64,000 bases of DNA from NCBI GenBank assembly GCA_963845755.1, contig CAWJTV010000029.1, positions 160,001 through 224,000 on the forward strand, written 5' to 3'. This document shows, piece after piece, positions 30,078-39,500 of the stretch. This DNA is from an uncultured Planctomycetota bacterium. Lineage in GTDB: Bacteria; Planctomycetota; Planctomycetia; Isosphaerales; Isosphaeraceae. The notes under the pieces are model-generated. The model did not search any database, was not told the origin of the DNA, and saw only the letters and a list, made by a program, of their open reading frames with translations. The translations under genes and the position numbers were made by a program. The number at the start of each line of letters is the position of its first letter. The stretch's first letter is position 1.

Positions 30078-32042
30078 TCAGCGATCGGCCTCGCGCAGGC
30101 GCCCCTTCCACTGGCCGAGACGGGCGCGGAAATGCTCGAGGACCGGCTGAGAGGCCGCGGCACGCGCCCGATTGATCAACTCGCGCGGGTCGTCACGCTC
30201 GTTGTATAACTCCTCGGTTCCATCCCCCGCGTTCTGAATGTAAACAAGGTCGCGTTCAGCGATCGCCACCAGCGGCCCGCGATAAGCAGGAGACCGTCCC
30301 TGATTGGGATTGATCGGATTGGGAGCCGATAGCTCGGATACGACCGAGTCGCCGGCGACCGGATCTCCGCCGGGAGTCGGATCAGCCCACAGGCGCGACA
30401 GACTGCGGCCCGGAAACGGCGAGCCGGTGCCCTGCCCGGCGAGCTCGACGATCGTCGCCGGCAGGTCGCGGAGGCTCACCGTCTGGCTGACAACCCTTCG
30501 AGTCCGCAGGGCGGCGGGCGGCACGATCAGAAGGGGTACGCGGATCTCGGTTCGGTACAGGCTCTCACCGTGATCGAAGAGGTCGTGTTCTCCCAGTCCC
30601 TCACCATGATCGGACGTGACGATCACGAGCGTTCGGTCCAGCACGCCACGTTCCGCCAGTTCGTCGAACAGCCTGCCCAGGCCCTCGTCCAGATGAGCGA
30701 CGCAATTGTCATAAGAATCGCGCGCCAAAGCGCGATAGCGCGGCGGCAGCCGGCGCTTGTCGATCGAGGTCCAGAGATCGTCGAGCACCTGGAAATCGTT
30801 CGGGCCCTCTGGTTCCAAACCGAAACGATGCACAGCACTCCGTGGAAGCACGTAGGGAGAATGGGCATCCAGGTAATTGAGAAAGACGAAAAAGGGACGC
30901 GCCGGCTCGGGCCGTTGCGATAGCCAGTCGACGAATGCGCGATTGATTGACCCGGCGTCCTTGCGCTGCTCTCGGGGAAAGAAGGATCGAACGATCGCGG
31001 CACGCAAGCTCCGGAACGGATCGGCGTCCACGAGCCTGCTCAGCGCGGATAATTCCCTCGCGGCCTTGTCGATGAGGCATGCCGTTCGGAGCGCCATCAG
31101 TCGTTCGAGAACGTAATCTTCATAGTGCGTGAATCCGCGATCCAGGCCGGTGTCGTACGAACAGTAGATGAGATTCGCCACGAAGCCCGCGGTGGCGTAG
31201 CCGCGCGAACCGAAGTACTCCGCCAGCGTCGGGGCCGTGGTGCCGAGCGGGGTCATCCATTTCACGCCGAGCTCGTGGGGCCAACGCCCCGTGAACAGGC
31301 TTGCGTGCGAGGCGAGGGTCCACGGCGCGGTGGCGCGTGCCTCCGAAAAGAGTATCCCTTGCCTGGCCCACCGCTCGAGGGCGGGCGTGGTGGGGCGATC
31401 ATATCCGTAGAGGCTGAGGCGATCGGCCCGGACCGTGTCCAGCACGATGAAAAGAACATTGGGCGCCGCCGCCGAAGGCAAGGGACGGCATGACTCGCGA
31501 TGCTGTTTGAGCCGATCCACTCCGAATACGAAGCCTGCCAGGACGAAGACCAACCCCACCAGGCCCGGAAGACTCGCGATCACGATTCGTCGCAGCGCGG
31601 CCGGACGCCGCTCGAGCGCGGGCACCAGCCGGGACGCGAGGCCGAGGAACAGGAGAAACCAGGCCTCGACGTAAATGAATTGCCCCGCGATCAGCGAGAC
31701 CGGCAGCAGGGCCAGGGCACAAACCAGCCGTGGGCTCACAAAGCCGCCGAACCGCGGCCAGACCCTGGTCAGCGCGGCCAATCCCATGCCCAAACCCGAG
31801 AACAGCAGCAAATTCGAGAACGGCCCGAGCCAGAGAAAGTGCCGGCTCATCAGGTAGAGCGGCTGCGCCACCCCCATCTTCTTGCAGAACACGCGGGTCG
31901 CCACCTCGAGCCAACCCGCTGCCAGGCCGCACCAGACCGACAGCAGGAACACATCCAGCGAGCCCAGTCGGGGCGTGGCCGTGGGAGTCGGGGCTGATCG
32001 CGCCAGGTGGTTTTGTCGGCCCGCGAAGCGGTTCTTGTTCAT
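30078..32042 (-). CDS. Membrane-anchored sulfatase-like protein 3
   Basis: N-terminal TM segments; FIVLDTVRADRL, APWTLASH, NYLDAHSPY, SDHGEGLGEH. Confidence 0.9.
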   Translation of the reverse strand: MNKNRFAGRQNHLARSAPTPTATPRLGSLDVFLLSVWCGLAAGWLEVATRVFCKKMGVAQPLYLMSRHFLWLGPFSNLLLFSGLGMGLAALTRVWPRFGGFVSPRLVCALALLPVSLIAGQFIYVEAWFLLFLGLASRLVPALERRPAALRRIVIASLPGLVGLVFVLAGFVFGVDRLKQHRESCRPLPSAAAPNVLFIVLDTVRADRLSLYGYDRPTTPALERWARQGILFSEARATAPWTLASHASLFTGRWPHELGVKWMTPLGTTAPTLAEYFGSRGYATAGFVANLIYCSYDTGLDRGFTHYEDYVLERLMALRTACLIDKAARELSALSRLVDADPFRSLRAAIVRSFFPREQRKDAGSINRAFVDWLSQRPEPARPFFVFLNYLDAHSPYVLPRSAVHRFGLEPEGPNDFQVLDDLWTSIDKRRLPPRYRALARDSYDNCVAHLDEGLGRLFDELAERGVLDRTLVIVTSDHGEGLGEHDLFDHGESLYRTEIRVPLLIVPPAALRTRRVVSQTVSLRDLPATIVELAGQGTGSPFPGRSLSRLWADPTPGGDPVAGDSVVSELSAPNPINPNQGRSPAYRGPLVAIAERDLVYIQNAGDGTEELYNERDDPRELINRARAAASQPVLEHFRARLGQWKGRLREADR

Positions 32043-32564
32043 CCGGCTCGTATCGGCTGGCTGGATGCCGCCGCCACGGTCTAAGGCGGCCGGTCATACG
32101 GTGCGGTTCGCTCAGTGTAGATGTTAAGCGGCCGGGCCGGTGTAGGTCCACTGACGAGTCAATCGGCGTGGAGAAGAAGCCGATTCTCATAATAAGATTC
32201 CGGCAGCGCGAGCGCGCGTTGTCGCACGGCGTTGCTCAGCGCGGGGGCGGGGAAAAGACAGCCATGTGGGAATTGACGGGAAGCGGGTTTCGAACCTATG
32301 CACGGACAATCCCCATGCCCGCCGAGTCGGCGGGTTTTACAGATGTCGTTTGATGGCCAATTCCGACCAGGAGCCACCTCGGTCTCGTCGGGGATCACGT
32401 CTCGCCATACTGGTCTATCAGGGGAGCGACCCCACACAGCCTTATCCGACGTTGGTGATCCGAGACAGAGCGCCACGCTTTTTCCACGGCTTTTCGCCTT
32501 GGGGTCAGATCCGACGTTGTTCGGCCCCTGGTCCGGATGGTCACTCTGTGGGATCGGCCTCCCC

Positions 32565-32621
32565 GGCGGGGACCCGGGGTCGGCGGGGACCCGGGGTCAA
32601 ACTTGGCGGGGACCCGCGGTC
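32565..32621 (+). repeat. Three near-identical 17-bp direct repeats
   Basis: ggcggggacccggggtc at 32565 and 32582, and with one mismatch at 32605. Confidence 0.7.
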
Positions 32622-32694
32622 AGACTTTGTGATCTGTTTCTCGGCGGGTTCCCCAAAAACAACAGATACCGGCGGCGACGGAGCCCGCTCAGGC

Positions 32695-33657
32695 TCAATC
32701 CTCCAGGCCCAATTCCTGAAGCGATTGCGCCTTCAGCAGCACACGAGTCATCGCCTTGAGCCGCTCGGGTTCCAGACTCTCGAGGCGCTCCTGGGCAATG
32801 GGACTCAATGGGCCGAAGCGTGCCTCGAGGAGCTCCTGGAGCGTCATCCGCAGGCCCTGTTGCAGGCCCTGTTGCAGGCCCTGTTGCAGGCCCTGTTGCA
32901 GGCCCTGTTGCACGCCTCTCTCGAATGTCGTCACCGCCATGGCTTGGATCTCCTGATAGCGCTCGGTCTGAAGCAATGCCTCTAATTCTTGTGCTTGCGC
33001 CTCGTCCAGATTCGCGTAGGCCTCCAGGCAGTCCAACAGCAGATACCGCCGAAAATCATTCTCCCGCGCCTCGGCCAGCCGCCGCAATGCCTCGGCATGC
33101 ACGGCCGCGCGCTGTTCCGGCGGCACCCGCATCAGGGCCGTCAACGCCACTCCCAGCAGATGCTCCCCGGCCAGGTACTGCTCGACCGGGAGACCCGGCA
33201 GCCCCACGTAGGCATACGTGAAGGAGAGCAGCCGATGGTCCCAGTATGTCTCCTCATAGACGTCCCAGCCGATCCCGTCGAGCCCAACCTGTAAATACAG
33301 CGCGATGGGCAAGACGGGCAGATCGTACTTGCGGCGGAGCTGCTCGTAATACGAGAACATCCGGGGTCGGAGCACGACCACCGTGTCCCGGGCTTCGATC
33401 TCGACATGGATCAAGGTCAGCCAGCAGTCGCCGGGCTGTCCCGGTGCCGGAGGCGGTACCCCAGGGCGCAGGGGCAGGCGGGCGACCAGGTCGAGGGCGC
33501 GGCGCTCGCCCCGGGGCGGGTCGGTGAAGACCTCCTGTTCCAGCCAGTCAACGCGTGAGAAATCGAAGCGGTCGGCCCAGTCGGGGAAGAACGTCTGGAA
33601 GAATTCGGCGAAGAACGTCTTCAACAACACTTTGAACCGCTGGTCATGGTCTACCAT
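32695..33657 (-). CDS. Rpn/YhgA-like PD-(D/E)XK nuclease (recombination-promoting nuclease / putative transposase family)
   Basis: DHDQRFKVLL..FF.EF, DLV, LIHVEIE, RMFSY, PVLPIALYL; C-terminal ERG(QQGL)n...LEARFG tail. Confidence 0.85.
   Translation of the reverse strand: MVDHDQRFKVLLKTFFAEFFQTFFPDWADRFDFSRVDWLEQEVFTDPPRGERRALDLVARLPLRPGVPPPAPGQPGDCWLTLIHVEIEARDTVVVLRPRMFSYYEQLRRKYDLPVLPIALYLQVGLDGIGWDVYEETYWDHRLLSFTYAYVGLPGLPVEQYLAGEHLLGVALTALMRVPPEQRAAVHAEALRRLAEARENDFRRYLLLDCLEAYANLDEAQAQELEALLQTERYQEIQAMAVTTFERGVQQGLQQGLQQGLQQGLQQGLRMTLQELLEARFGPLSPIAQERLESLEPERLKAMTRVLLKAQSLQELGLED
32850..32909 (-). repeat. Five perfect 12-bp tandem repeats encoding QQGL
   Basis: gcaggccctgtt x5 on the plus strand. 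Confidence 0.95.
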
Positions 33658-33774
33658 GGCAGGCTCCTCCGCCGGCGCCTCGGTTCTGTCTTCGGACCAC
33701 GGTGCGGTGGCGCGGAATTATGCCATACCAGCCGCCAAGCTGAGGACCGCGGTCGTTTGCGAGTCTGCGCCGAA

Positions 33775-34300
33775 TCACTGGCCAGGGGTCCGAGTGGCCT
33801 GGAGCGCTTCGCGTGCGGCCTGGATGGTCTGATCGATATCGTCCTCGGTGTGCGCCGCGGAGACGAAGGCGGCTTCGAACTGGCTGCAAGGCAGGTAGAC
33901 GCCGCGGGCGAGCATCTCCCAGAAGAAGCGGGCGAAGCGCCGGGTGTCGCTCCGTCGCGCGTCGTCGTAGTTGCGCACGGGGCCGTCGTGGAAGAAGAGG
34001 GTCAGCATGCTGCCAACGCGCTGGACGACGTGGGGGATTCCGGCGTCGGAGGCGGCCCGGTCGAGCCCTTCAGCCAGCCGGGCCGAGAGGGCTTCGAGCC
34101 GATCGTAGGGGGAATGGTCGCGGAGCGAGCGCAGCGTGGTCAGTCCGGCGGCCATCGCCAGGGGATTGCCCGAGAGCGTGCCGGCCTGGTAGATCGGCCC
34201 GACCGGTGAGACATGGTCCATGATCGCGGCCGATGCGCCATAGGCCGCCGCGGGCAAGCCATCGCCGACCACCTTACCCAGGACCGACAGGTCGGGCGTG
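33775..34300 (-). pseudogene. hemL: Duplicated 3' fragment of hemL (left direct repeat of the island)
   Basis: 33795..34300 matches 47891..48396 with about 12 mismatches by eye. No 5' part; GGGLP has become GDGLP. Confidence 0.95.
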
Positions 34301-34341
34301 TCTCCATTTCCGGCTGAAGCCAGACGGTTCCCTGTCGGAAT

Positions 34342-34411
34342 CGGCTCCTGACCACGTTGTCACCCGGCTCTTGACCACGTTGTCGCTCGGCTCCTGACCA
34401 CGTTGTTCTCT
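34342..34411 (+). repeat. Three 23-bp-period direct repeats at the island's left end
   Basis: cggctc(c/t)tgaccacgttgt at 34342, 34365 and 34388. Confidence 0.9.
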
Positions 34412-34518
34412 CGGCGGGAAACGGGTGGCCGAGGCCGTCCGAGGGCGCTCTCCATATCCGACAATCCGACATGCGTCCATTCACAACTCACTTCCTTTCG
34501 GTCGCAGATTAACGTAAA

Positions 34519-37500
34519 TTGGCGCACTTGATCCTCCCGCTCGATGGAGTGGAGCCGGTCCTGGAACCGGGTGGGGCGAGCCGATGGAAGGAAGCGCGGC
34601 AACCGGATTACGGCAGCGAGGTCATCGTGGACATCCCCCTCGGCGAAGACTTGAGAAACGTGCAGATTCGCGCCGAGAGCAGTCAAGCGTCGTCGCCGAC
34701 AAGCCCGATCGATTTCTCCTCCGACCCTGAGTTGGTCCGGGTCGTGACCGAGGGCGAGCGGCTGGCGTTTGGCCACCAGTTCAACCCGGCGTTCGCCACG
34801 GAAATCTCGATGATCGACCCGCTGCCCCACCAGCGAATCGCGGTCTACGACCACATGCTGACGCAGCCCCGCCTACGGTTCCTCCTGGGCGACGAGCCGG
34901 GGGCCGGCAAGACCATCATGGCGGGGCTCTACATTCGCGAGATGCTGGCGCGCCGGCTGCTACGCCGAATCCTGATCGTCCCTCCAGCCGGACTGATCGG
35001 CAACTGGGAGCGCGAACTGCGCACCCTGTTCGGTCTGGACTTCGAGATCGTCTCGGGGGCGGATTCCCGTGCCGGCAACCCGTTCACGGGGCCGAAAGGC
35101 GACCAGGTCATCGTCAGTGTCGATACCCTGGCGAGCGAGCGCACTTTCGCCCGGCTCCAGGAATCCGGCGTCGAGCCATATGACCTGGCGATCTTCGACG
35201 AGGCACACAAGCTCGGCGCCGACCGCCAGCCCGACTTCACCATCCGCAAGACCGACCGCTACCAGGTCGCCGAGGTGCTGGCGGGGATCCCGGCCGGCGA
35301 CTCCCGCTGGTCGCTCGACTGGGCCTGCAACCACCTGCTGCTGCTAACGGCCACGCCCCACATGGGCAAGGACTTCCCGTACTTCTGCCTCTGGCGGCTG
35401 CTGGAACCCGAGGTCCTGGCCACTGTGGACGCCTTCAACGCTTATCCGGCCGATGCGCGACGTCGCCATTTCCTCCGCCGGACGAAGGAGGAGATGGTTA
35501 GCTTCGAGGGCAAGCGCATCTATCCAGGACGCGTCAGCGACACGCTCAGCTACGACCTATCCCAGGGGGAGATCAGCGAGCAGGCCCTCTACGACCAGAC
35601 GACCGCGTACATCGAGACCTATTACAACCGCTCTCGCATCCTCAACCGCTCGGCGGCCCGGCTGGCCATGTCCGTCTTCCAGCGCCGGCTCGCCAGCTCG
35701 ACCTACGCCCTGCTGAGGTCCTTCGAGCGCCGCCTGGGAAAGCTCGACGGTCTGATCGTCGCTATCGAGTCGGGCCGGATCACGGCCGGCGAGCTGGCGG
35801 CGATGCAACGGAAGCTGGACGACACCAAGGACGTCTTCGAGGAGGAGACTGGCGACGAGGAGACCCCCAAGGGGGACCAGGAGGAGAACGAGATCGCCGA
35901 GGCCAAGGCGCTGGGGGGCGTCGTGGCCGTCTCCCTCGCGGAGCTGATCGCCGAGCGGGACCAGGTCCGGGCGCTGCTGGAGCTGGCCAAGCAGGTGGAC
36001 GCCAGGGGGGACGAGTCGAAGTTCGACAAGCTCCGCGAGGTCCTGGGCGACCCCGAGACCCGCGGGGAGAAGCTGATCCTCTTCACCGAGCACCGCGACA
36101 CCCTCGACTACCTGGTCCGGCGACTCGAAGGGCTGGGCTTCACCGGGCGGGTGGCCCAGATTCACGGCGGGATGGACTTCCGCGAGCGGGAGCAGCAAAT
36201 CGCCTTCTTCGAGAGAAAACTCCACGACGGCGGCGCCGAGTTCATGGTATGCACCGACGCGGCCGGCGAGGGGCTCAACATGCAGTTCGCCTGGCGGCTG
36301 CTGAACTGGGACCTGCCCTGGAACCCGGCCCGGCTGGAACAGAGGATGGGCCGAATCCACCGCTACAAGCAGGAGCACGACCCGGTCACCATCGTCAACC
36401 TCCTGGCCGGCAAGACCCGCGAGGGGCGAGTGATGAAGACCCTGTTGGACAAGCTCGAACGCATCCGCAAAGAACTGGGCCGGGACAAGGTCTTCGACGT
36501 GATCGGCCGGCTGTTCGAGGGCGTTAGCATCAAGGAGTACATGGAGCGGGCGGTCACGAGCGAGGGGGCCGATGCGGCTTGCCGCGCCCTGGAGGGGACG
36601 CTCACCAAGGAGCAGGTCGAGGCCCTGGAGGCGAAGGAGCGACGGATCTATGGCGACGGTGGCGACGTGAAGGCGTACCTGGCGGCCGAGCGGGCGAAGC
36701 TGGACCGCGAGGGCTGGCGCCGGCTGTTGCCCGGCTACGTTCGCCGGTTCGTCGAGAAGTCGGCCCCGTTGCTGGACCTGGGTATCGATGGCGACCTGGA
36801 CGAGACGTTCGCTCTCAAGCCGCTCCGGCCCGGCGCCCTCGACTTCCTCTGGAACCTTCTGGAGACCTACCCGCCGGCCCGCCGGCAACGCCTGACCGTC
36901 CACAAGCCCAGGGACGCCGCCGAGGCGTTATTCCTCCATCCGGGGGAGCCGGTATTCGACCGGTGGCGGGTCCACGTTTGCGAGCGGTTCGCCGACGCCG
37001 CCCGCCGGGGCGGGGTCTTCGTGGACCCGACGGCGGCGGCAGCGTACCTGTACCACCTGGTGGCCGTGTCGGTGTCGCGGCGGGCAGACCCATCGCACCC
37101 GACGCTGGCGAGGGCCGAGGTCCTGGAACACCGGCTGGTTGGTCTGCGCCAGTCGGAGGATGGGACCGTCGAGCAGTGCCCGGTGGGGCACCTGCTGCTC
37201 TTAAAGGGCGGTCGCGGTGTGCCGGCGGACGTGAGGTCCATCGCGTCGCGTGCGGACGAGTTGGCGGCGATCGCCCAGACCTTCGCTGCGGAGAAGATTG
37301 CCCGGCCTCTGGCCGAGGGACGCCGCCGCGCGCGTCTGGAGGATCTCCCCTCACGGCTGGAGTTCGTCTCGCGGGGTTTCGAGTACCAGGACGCCGAGCT
37401 GGCCCAGGCGCGGGGGAAGCTGCGGGACAAGGCCCTGGCCGGGGACCCGAGGGCCAGGGGCGAGATGACCAAGATCAGGGACCGGCAGAAGGCGCTGTCG

Positions 37501-38019
37501 GCCCGGAGCGAGGCGGCACTGGCGGCACTGAGACGCGAACCGGAGCTAATCGGGGCCGACGAGGTCTCGTTCCTGGCCCATGCCCTGGTGGTCCCGACCG
37601 ACGACCCCGAGGAGCGGAAACGGTACGATGCGGAGATCGAGGCGATCGCGGTGAAGGTCGCCTGGGCGTTCGAGGAAGCGGCAGGCGCCATGGTCAAGGA
37701 CGTCTCCAAGCCGCACCTGGCGCGAGCGGCCGGCCTGGAGGAAAACCCAGGGTTCGACTTGCTCTCCGATCGGCCGGGGCGGTTCCAGCGCGGCATCGAG
37801 GTCAAGGGGCGGGTCGGCGTCGGCGAGGTCGAGCTGACCGAGAACGAATGGGTCAAGGCGTGCAACCAGCGCGCGCGGTACTGGCTGTACGTGGTGTTTG
37901 ATTGCGGGACGTCGCATCCCCGGCTGCTGCGCGTGCAGGATCCGTTTGGTAAACTGATCGCTAAGGCCAAAGGGAGCGTGCGGATCGCTGCGCAGGAGGT
38001 CTTCGACGCCGCGGAATGA
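34519..38019 (+). CDS. SNF2-family helicase with C-terminal DUF3883-like nuclease domain
   Basis: PLPHQ, LLGDEPGAGKT, DEAH, LLLTATPH, TDAAGEGLN, QRMGRIHR; GFDLLS...IEVKG...LTENEW. Start codon uncertain. Confidence 0.92.
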   Translation: MAHLILPLDGVEPVLEPGGASRWKEARQPDYGSEVIVDIPLGEDLRNVQIRAESSQASSPTSPIDFSSDPELVRVVTEGERLAFGHQFNPAFATEISMIDPLPHQRIAVYDHMLTQPRLRFLLGDEPGAGKTIMAGLYIREMLARRLLRRILIVPPAGLIGNWERELRTLFGLDFEIVSGADSRAGNPFTGPKGDQVIVSVDTLASERTFARLQESGVEPYDLAIFDEAHKLGADRQPDFTIRKTDRYQVAEVLAGIPAGDSRWSLDWACNHLLLLTATPHMGKDFPYFCLWRLLEPEVLATVDAFNAYPADARRRHFLRRTKEEMVSFEGKRIYPGRVSDTLSYDLSQGEISEQALYDQTTAYIETYYNRSRILNRSAARLAMSVFQRRLASSTYALLRSFERRLGKLDGLIVAIESGRITAGELAAMQRKLDDTKDVFEEETGDEETPKGDQEENEIAEAKALGGVVAVSLAELIAERDQVRALLELAKQVDARGDESKFDKLREVLGDPETRGEKLILFTEHRDTLDYLVRRLEGLGFTGRVAQIHGGMDFREREQQIAFFERKLHDGGAEFMVCTDAAGEGLNMQFAWRLLNWDLPWNPARLEQRMGRIHRYKQEHDPVTIVNLLAGKTREGRVMKTLLDKLERIRKELGRDKVFDVIGRLFEGVSIKEYMERAVTSEGADAACRALEGTLTKEQVEALEAKERRIYGDGGDVKAYLAAERAKLDREGWRRLLPGYVRRFVEKSAPLLDLGIDGDLDETFALKPLRPGALDFLWNLLETYPPARRQRLTVHKPRDAAEALFLHPGEPVFDRWRVHVCERFADAARRGGVFVDPTAAAAYLYHLVAVSVSRRADPSHPTLARAEVLEHRLVGLRQSEDGTVEQCPVGHLLLLKGGRGVPADVRSIASRADELAAIAQTFAAEKIARPLAEGRRRARLEDLPSRLEFVSRGFEYQDAELAQARGKLRDKALAGDPRARGEMTKIRDRQKALSARSEAALAALRREPELIGADEVSFLAHALVVPTDDPEERKRYDAEIEAIAVKVAWAFEEAAGAMVKDVSKPHLARAAGLEENPGFDLLSDRPGRFQRGIEVKGRVGVGEVELTENEWVKACNQRARYWLYVVFDCGTSHPRLLRVQDPFGKLIAKAKGSVRIAAQEVFDAAE

Positions 38020-38050
38020 GCCATTTCCCCCGCTAATCAGTGGTTGACTT

Positions 38051-38104
38051 ACTCGTTCCCACGCTCCGCGTGGGAATGCCGTCTTCGACGCTCCGCGTCG
38101 TCTT
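38051..38104 (+). repeat. Left REP arm flanking the RAYT
   Basis: 54-bp perfect inverted repeat of 38703..38756; core ttcccacgctccgcgtgggaa. Confidence 0.95.
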
Positions 38105-38138
38105 TCTTCTTCGACAACGTTCGTCTTCATGAGTCGAG

Positions 38139-38681
38139 ATGCCTGAAATGGGACGCAGTCGCTACAAGTTCGGGGAAGCGGGGTTCCCGCACTTTGTGAC
38201 CTGTACAGTCGTTGGCTGGCTCCCCGTGTTCACAAGGCGCGAAACCGTTCAGATCCTTCTGGATTCCTGGCAGTTTCTCCAGGATCAGAATCGCGTGGTG
38301 CTCCTGGGCTACGTGGTACTCGAGAACCATATCCACTTCATCGCCACGGCCGAGGACCTGTCGACCGACGTTGGCGATTTCAAGTCGTATACGGCACGAC
38401 GGATCATCGACTACCTCAGTGAGCGACACGTGCGGACTCTGCTGGATGGCCTGGCGTATCACAAAGCCCGGCACAAAAGCGACCGCGAGTTTCAACTCTG
38501 GCAGGAAGGAAGCCATCCGAAAATCATCGAGACCGAGGCGATGATGAGCCAGAAGTTGAGCTACATCCACGACAACCCGGTGAAGCGGGGCTACGTGGAC
38601 GATCCGACGCATTGGAGATACTCCAGTGCCCGGAACTATGCGAAGATGGAGTCCTTGGTTTCGGTGACAACCGACTGGTAA
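38139..38681 (+). CDS. REP-associated tyrosine transposase (RAYT, HUH/Y1)
   Basis: HFVTCTVVGWLPVF, GYVVLENHIH (HUH), LWQEG, YIHDNPVKRG, WRYSSA. Confidence 0.92.
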   Translation: MPEMGRSRYKFGEAGFPHFVTCTVVGWLPVFTRRETVQILLDSWQFLQDQNRVVLLGYVVLENHIHFIATAEDLSTDVGDFKSYTARRIIDYLSERHVRTLLDGLAYHKARHKSDREFQLWQEGSHPKIIETEAMMSQKLSYIHDNPVKRGYVDDPTHWRYSSARNYAKMESLVSVTTDW

Positions 38682-38702
38682 CTCGGTGCGAAGCCGGGGC
38701 CG

Positions 38703-38756
38703 AAGACGACGCGGAGCGTCGAAGACGGCATTCCCACGCGGAGCGTGGGAACGAGT
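38703..38756 (-). repeat. Right REP arm flanking the RAYT
   Basis: Exact reverse complement of 38051..38104. Confidence 0.95.
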
Positions 38757-38808
38757 TCACAAGATTGCTGCGCAGGAGGTCTTCGCAACGGCGGAGAGGA
38801 TGTGAACG

Positions 38809-39084
38809 ATGGACGCAGCACAGAACGAAGAGATCGCCGAAATCTTCAACCGGGTCAAGAATTGGTCTCCGCCTCAGCGGATCACCCTGGCCCGGCGCAT
38901 TCTCGAGACGCTGGAAGCGTCCGCCACCGCGGAAGCTGGGAGCCAACCGAAGATTGAGGAGCCGAAGCGGGGCTGGCCCGTCGAGAGGGTGCTGGGGCTG
39001 CTCAAGACCGATCGCGAGCCGCCGGACGACGAGGAATGCCGCCGGATCATCGAGGAGGAACGATGGAAGAAGTACGGCTCTTGA
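38809..39084 (+). CDS. Small antitoxin-like protein, copy 1
   Basis: WSPPQRITLARRILETLE...LGLLKTDREPPDDEECRRIIEEERWKKYG; paralog of the next gene. Confidence 0.7.
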   Translation: MDAAQNEEIAEIFNRVKNWSPPQRITLARRILETLEASATAEAGSQPKIEEPKRGWPVERVLGLLKTDREPPDDEECRRIIEEERWKKYGS

Positions 39085-39164
39085 GCGGCTCCTGACCGAG
39101 GGGGCCGATCGAGATGGACGGATCCCTGTCCAGGAATTCTCTGCGGCCCGGAGGGAGATTCACG

Positions 39165-39500
39165 ATGAGCCTTGCCGAAACTCATGAGATTGGAGAAGTC
39201 TGGGACCGCATCAACGTGTGGTCGCCGACTCAGAAAATCGCCCTGATGCGCAAGATTCTGGACTCGCTGGAAGACGGGAGTCCGACACCGGTCCCGCTAG
39301 CGGAGTCGGAATGGGGTCAGTCCGCGGCTCGATCACCCGGGCTGCCCGAGCGGGATCGAACCCAAGCCACCGGGAGCAATCAACCGCCGAAGAAAACGCT
39401 GGCCGACTTCCTCGGCGCGTTCCAGACGGACGGTCCTCCGCCGACCGACGAAGAGGTCCAGCGCATCCTTGAGGAGGAACGGATGAGGAAATCCGGATGA
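39165..39500 (+). CDS. Small antitoxin-like protein, copy 2
   Basis: WSPTQKIALMRKILDSLE...LGAFQTDGPPPTDEEVQRILEEERMRKSG; ATGA overlap with the PIN gene. Confidence 0.7.
   Translation: MSLAETHEIGEVWDRINVWSPTQKIALMRKILDSLEDGSPTPVPLAESEWGQSAARSPGLPERDRTQATGSNQPPKKTLADFLGAFQTDGPPPTDEEVQRILEEERMRKSG

Noticed and set aside
33775..34272. Second functional hemL
   Set aside because: Only the 3' part is present, with no credible start and a lesion in the GGGLP motif.
34342..34411. Possible mini-CRISPR
   Set aside because: The intervening sequences are only about 4 bp, far too short to be spacers.
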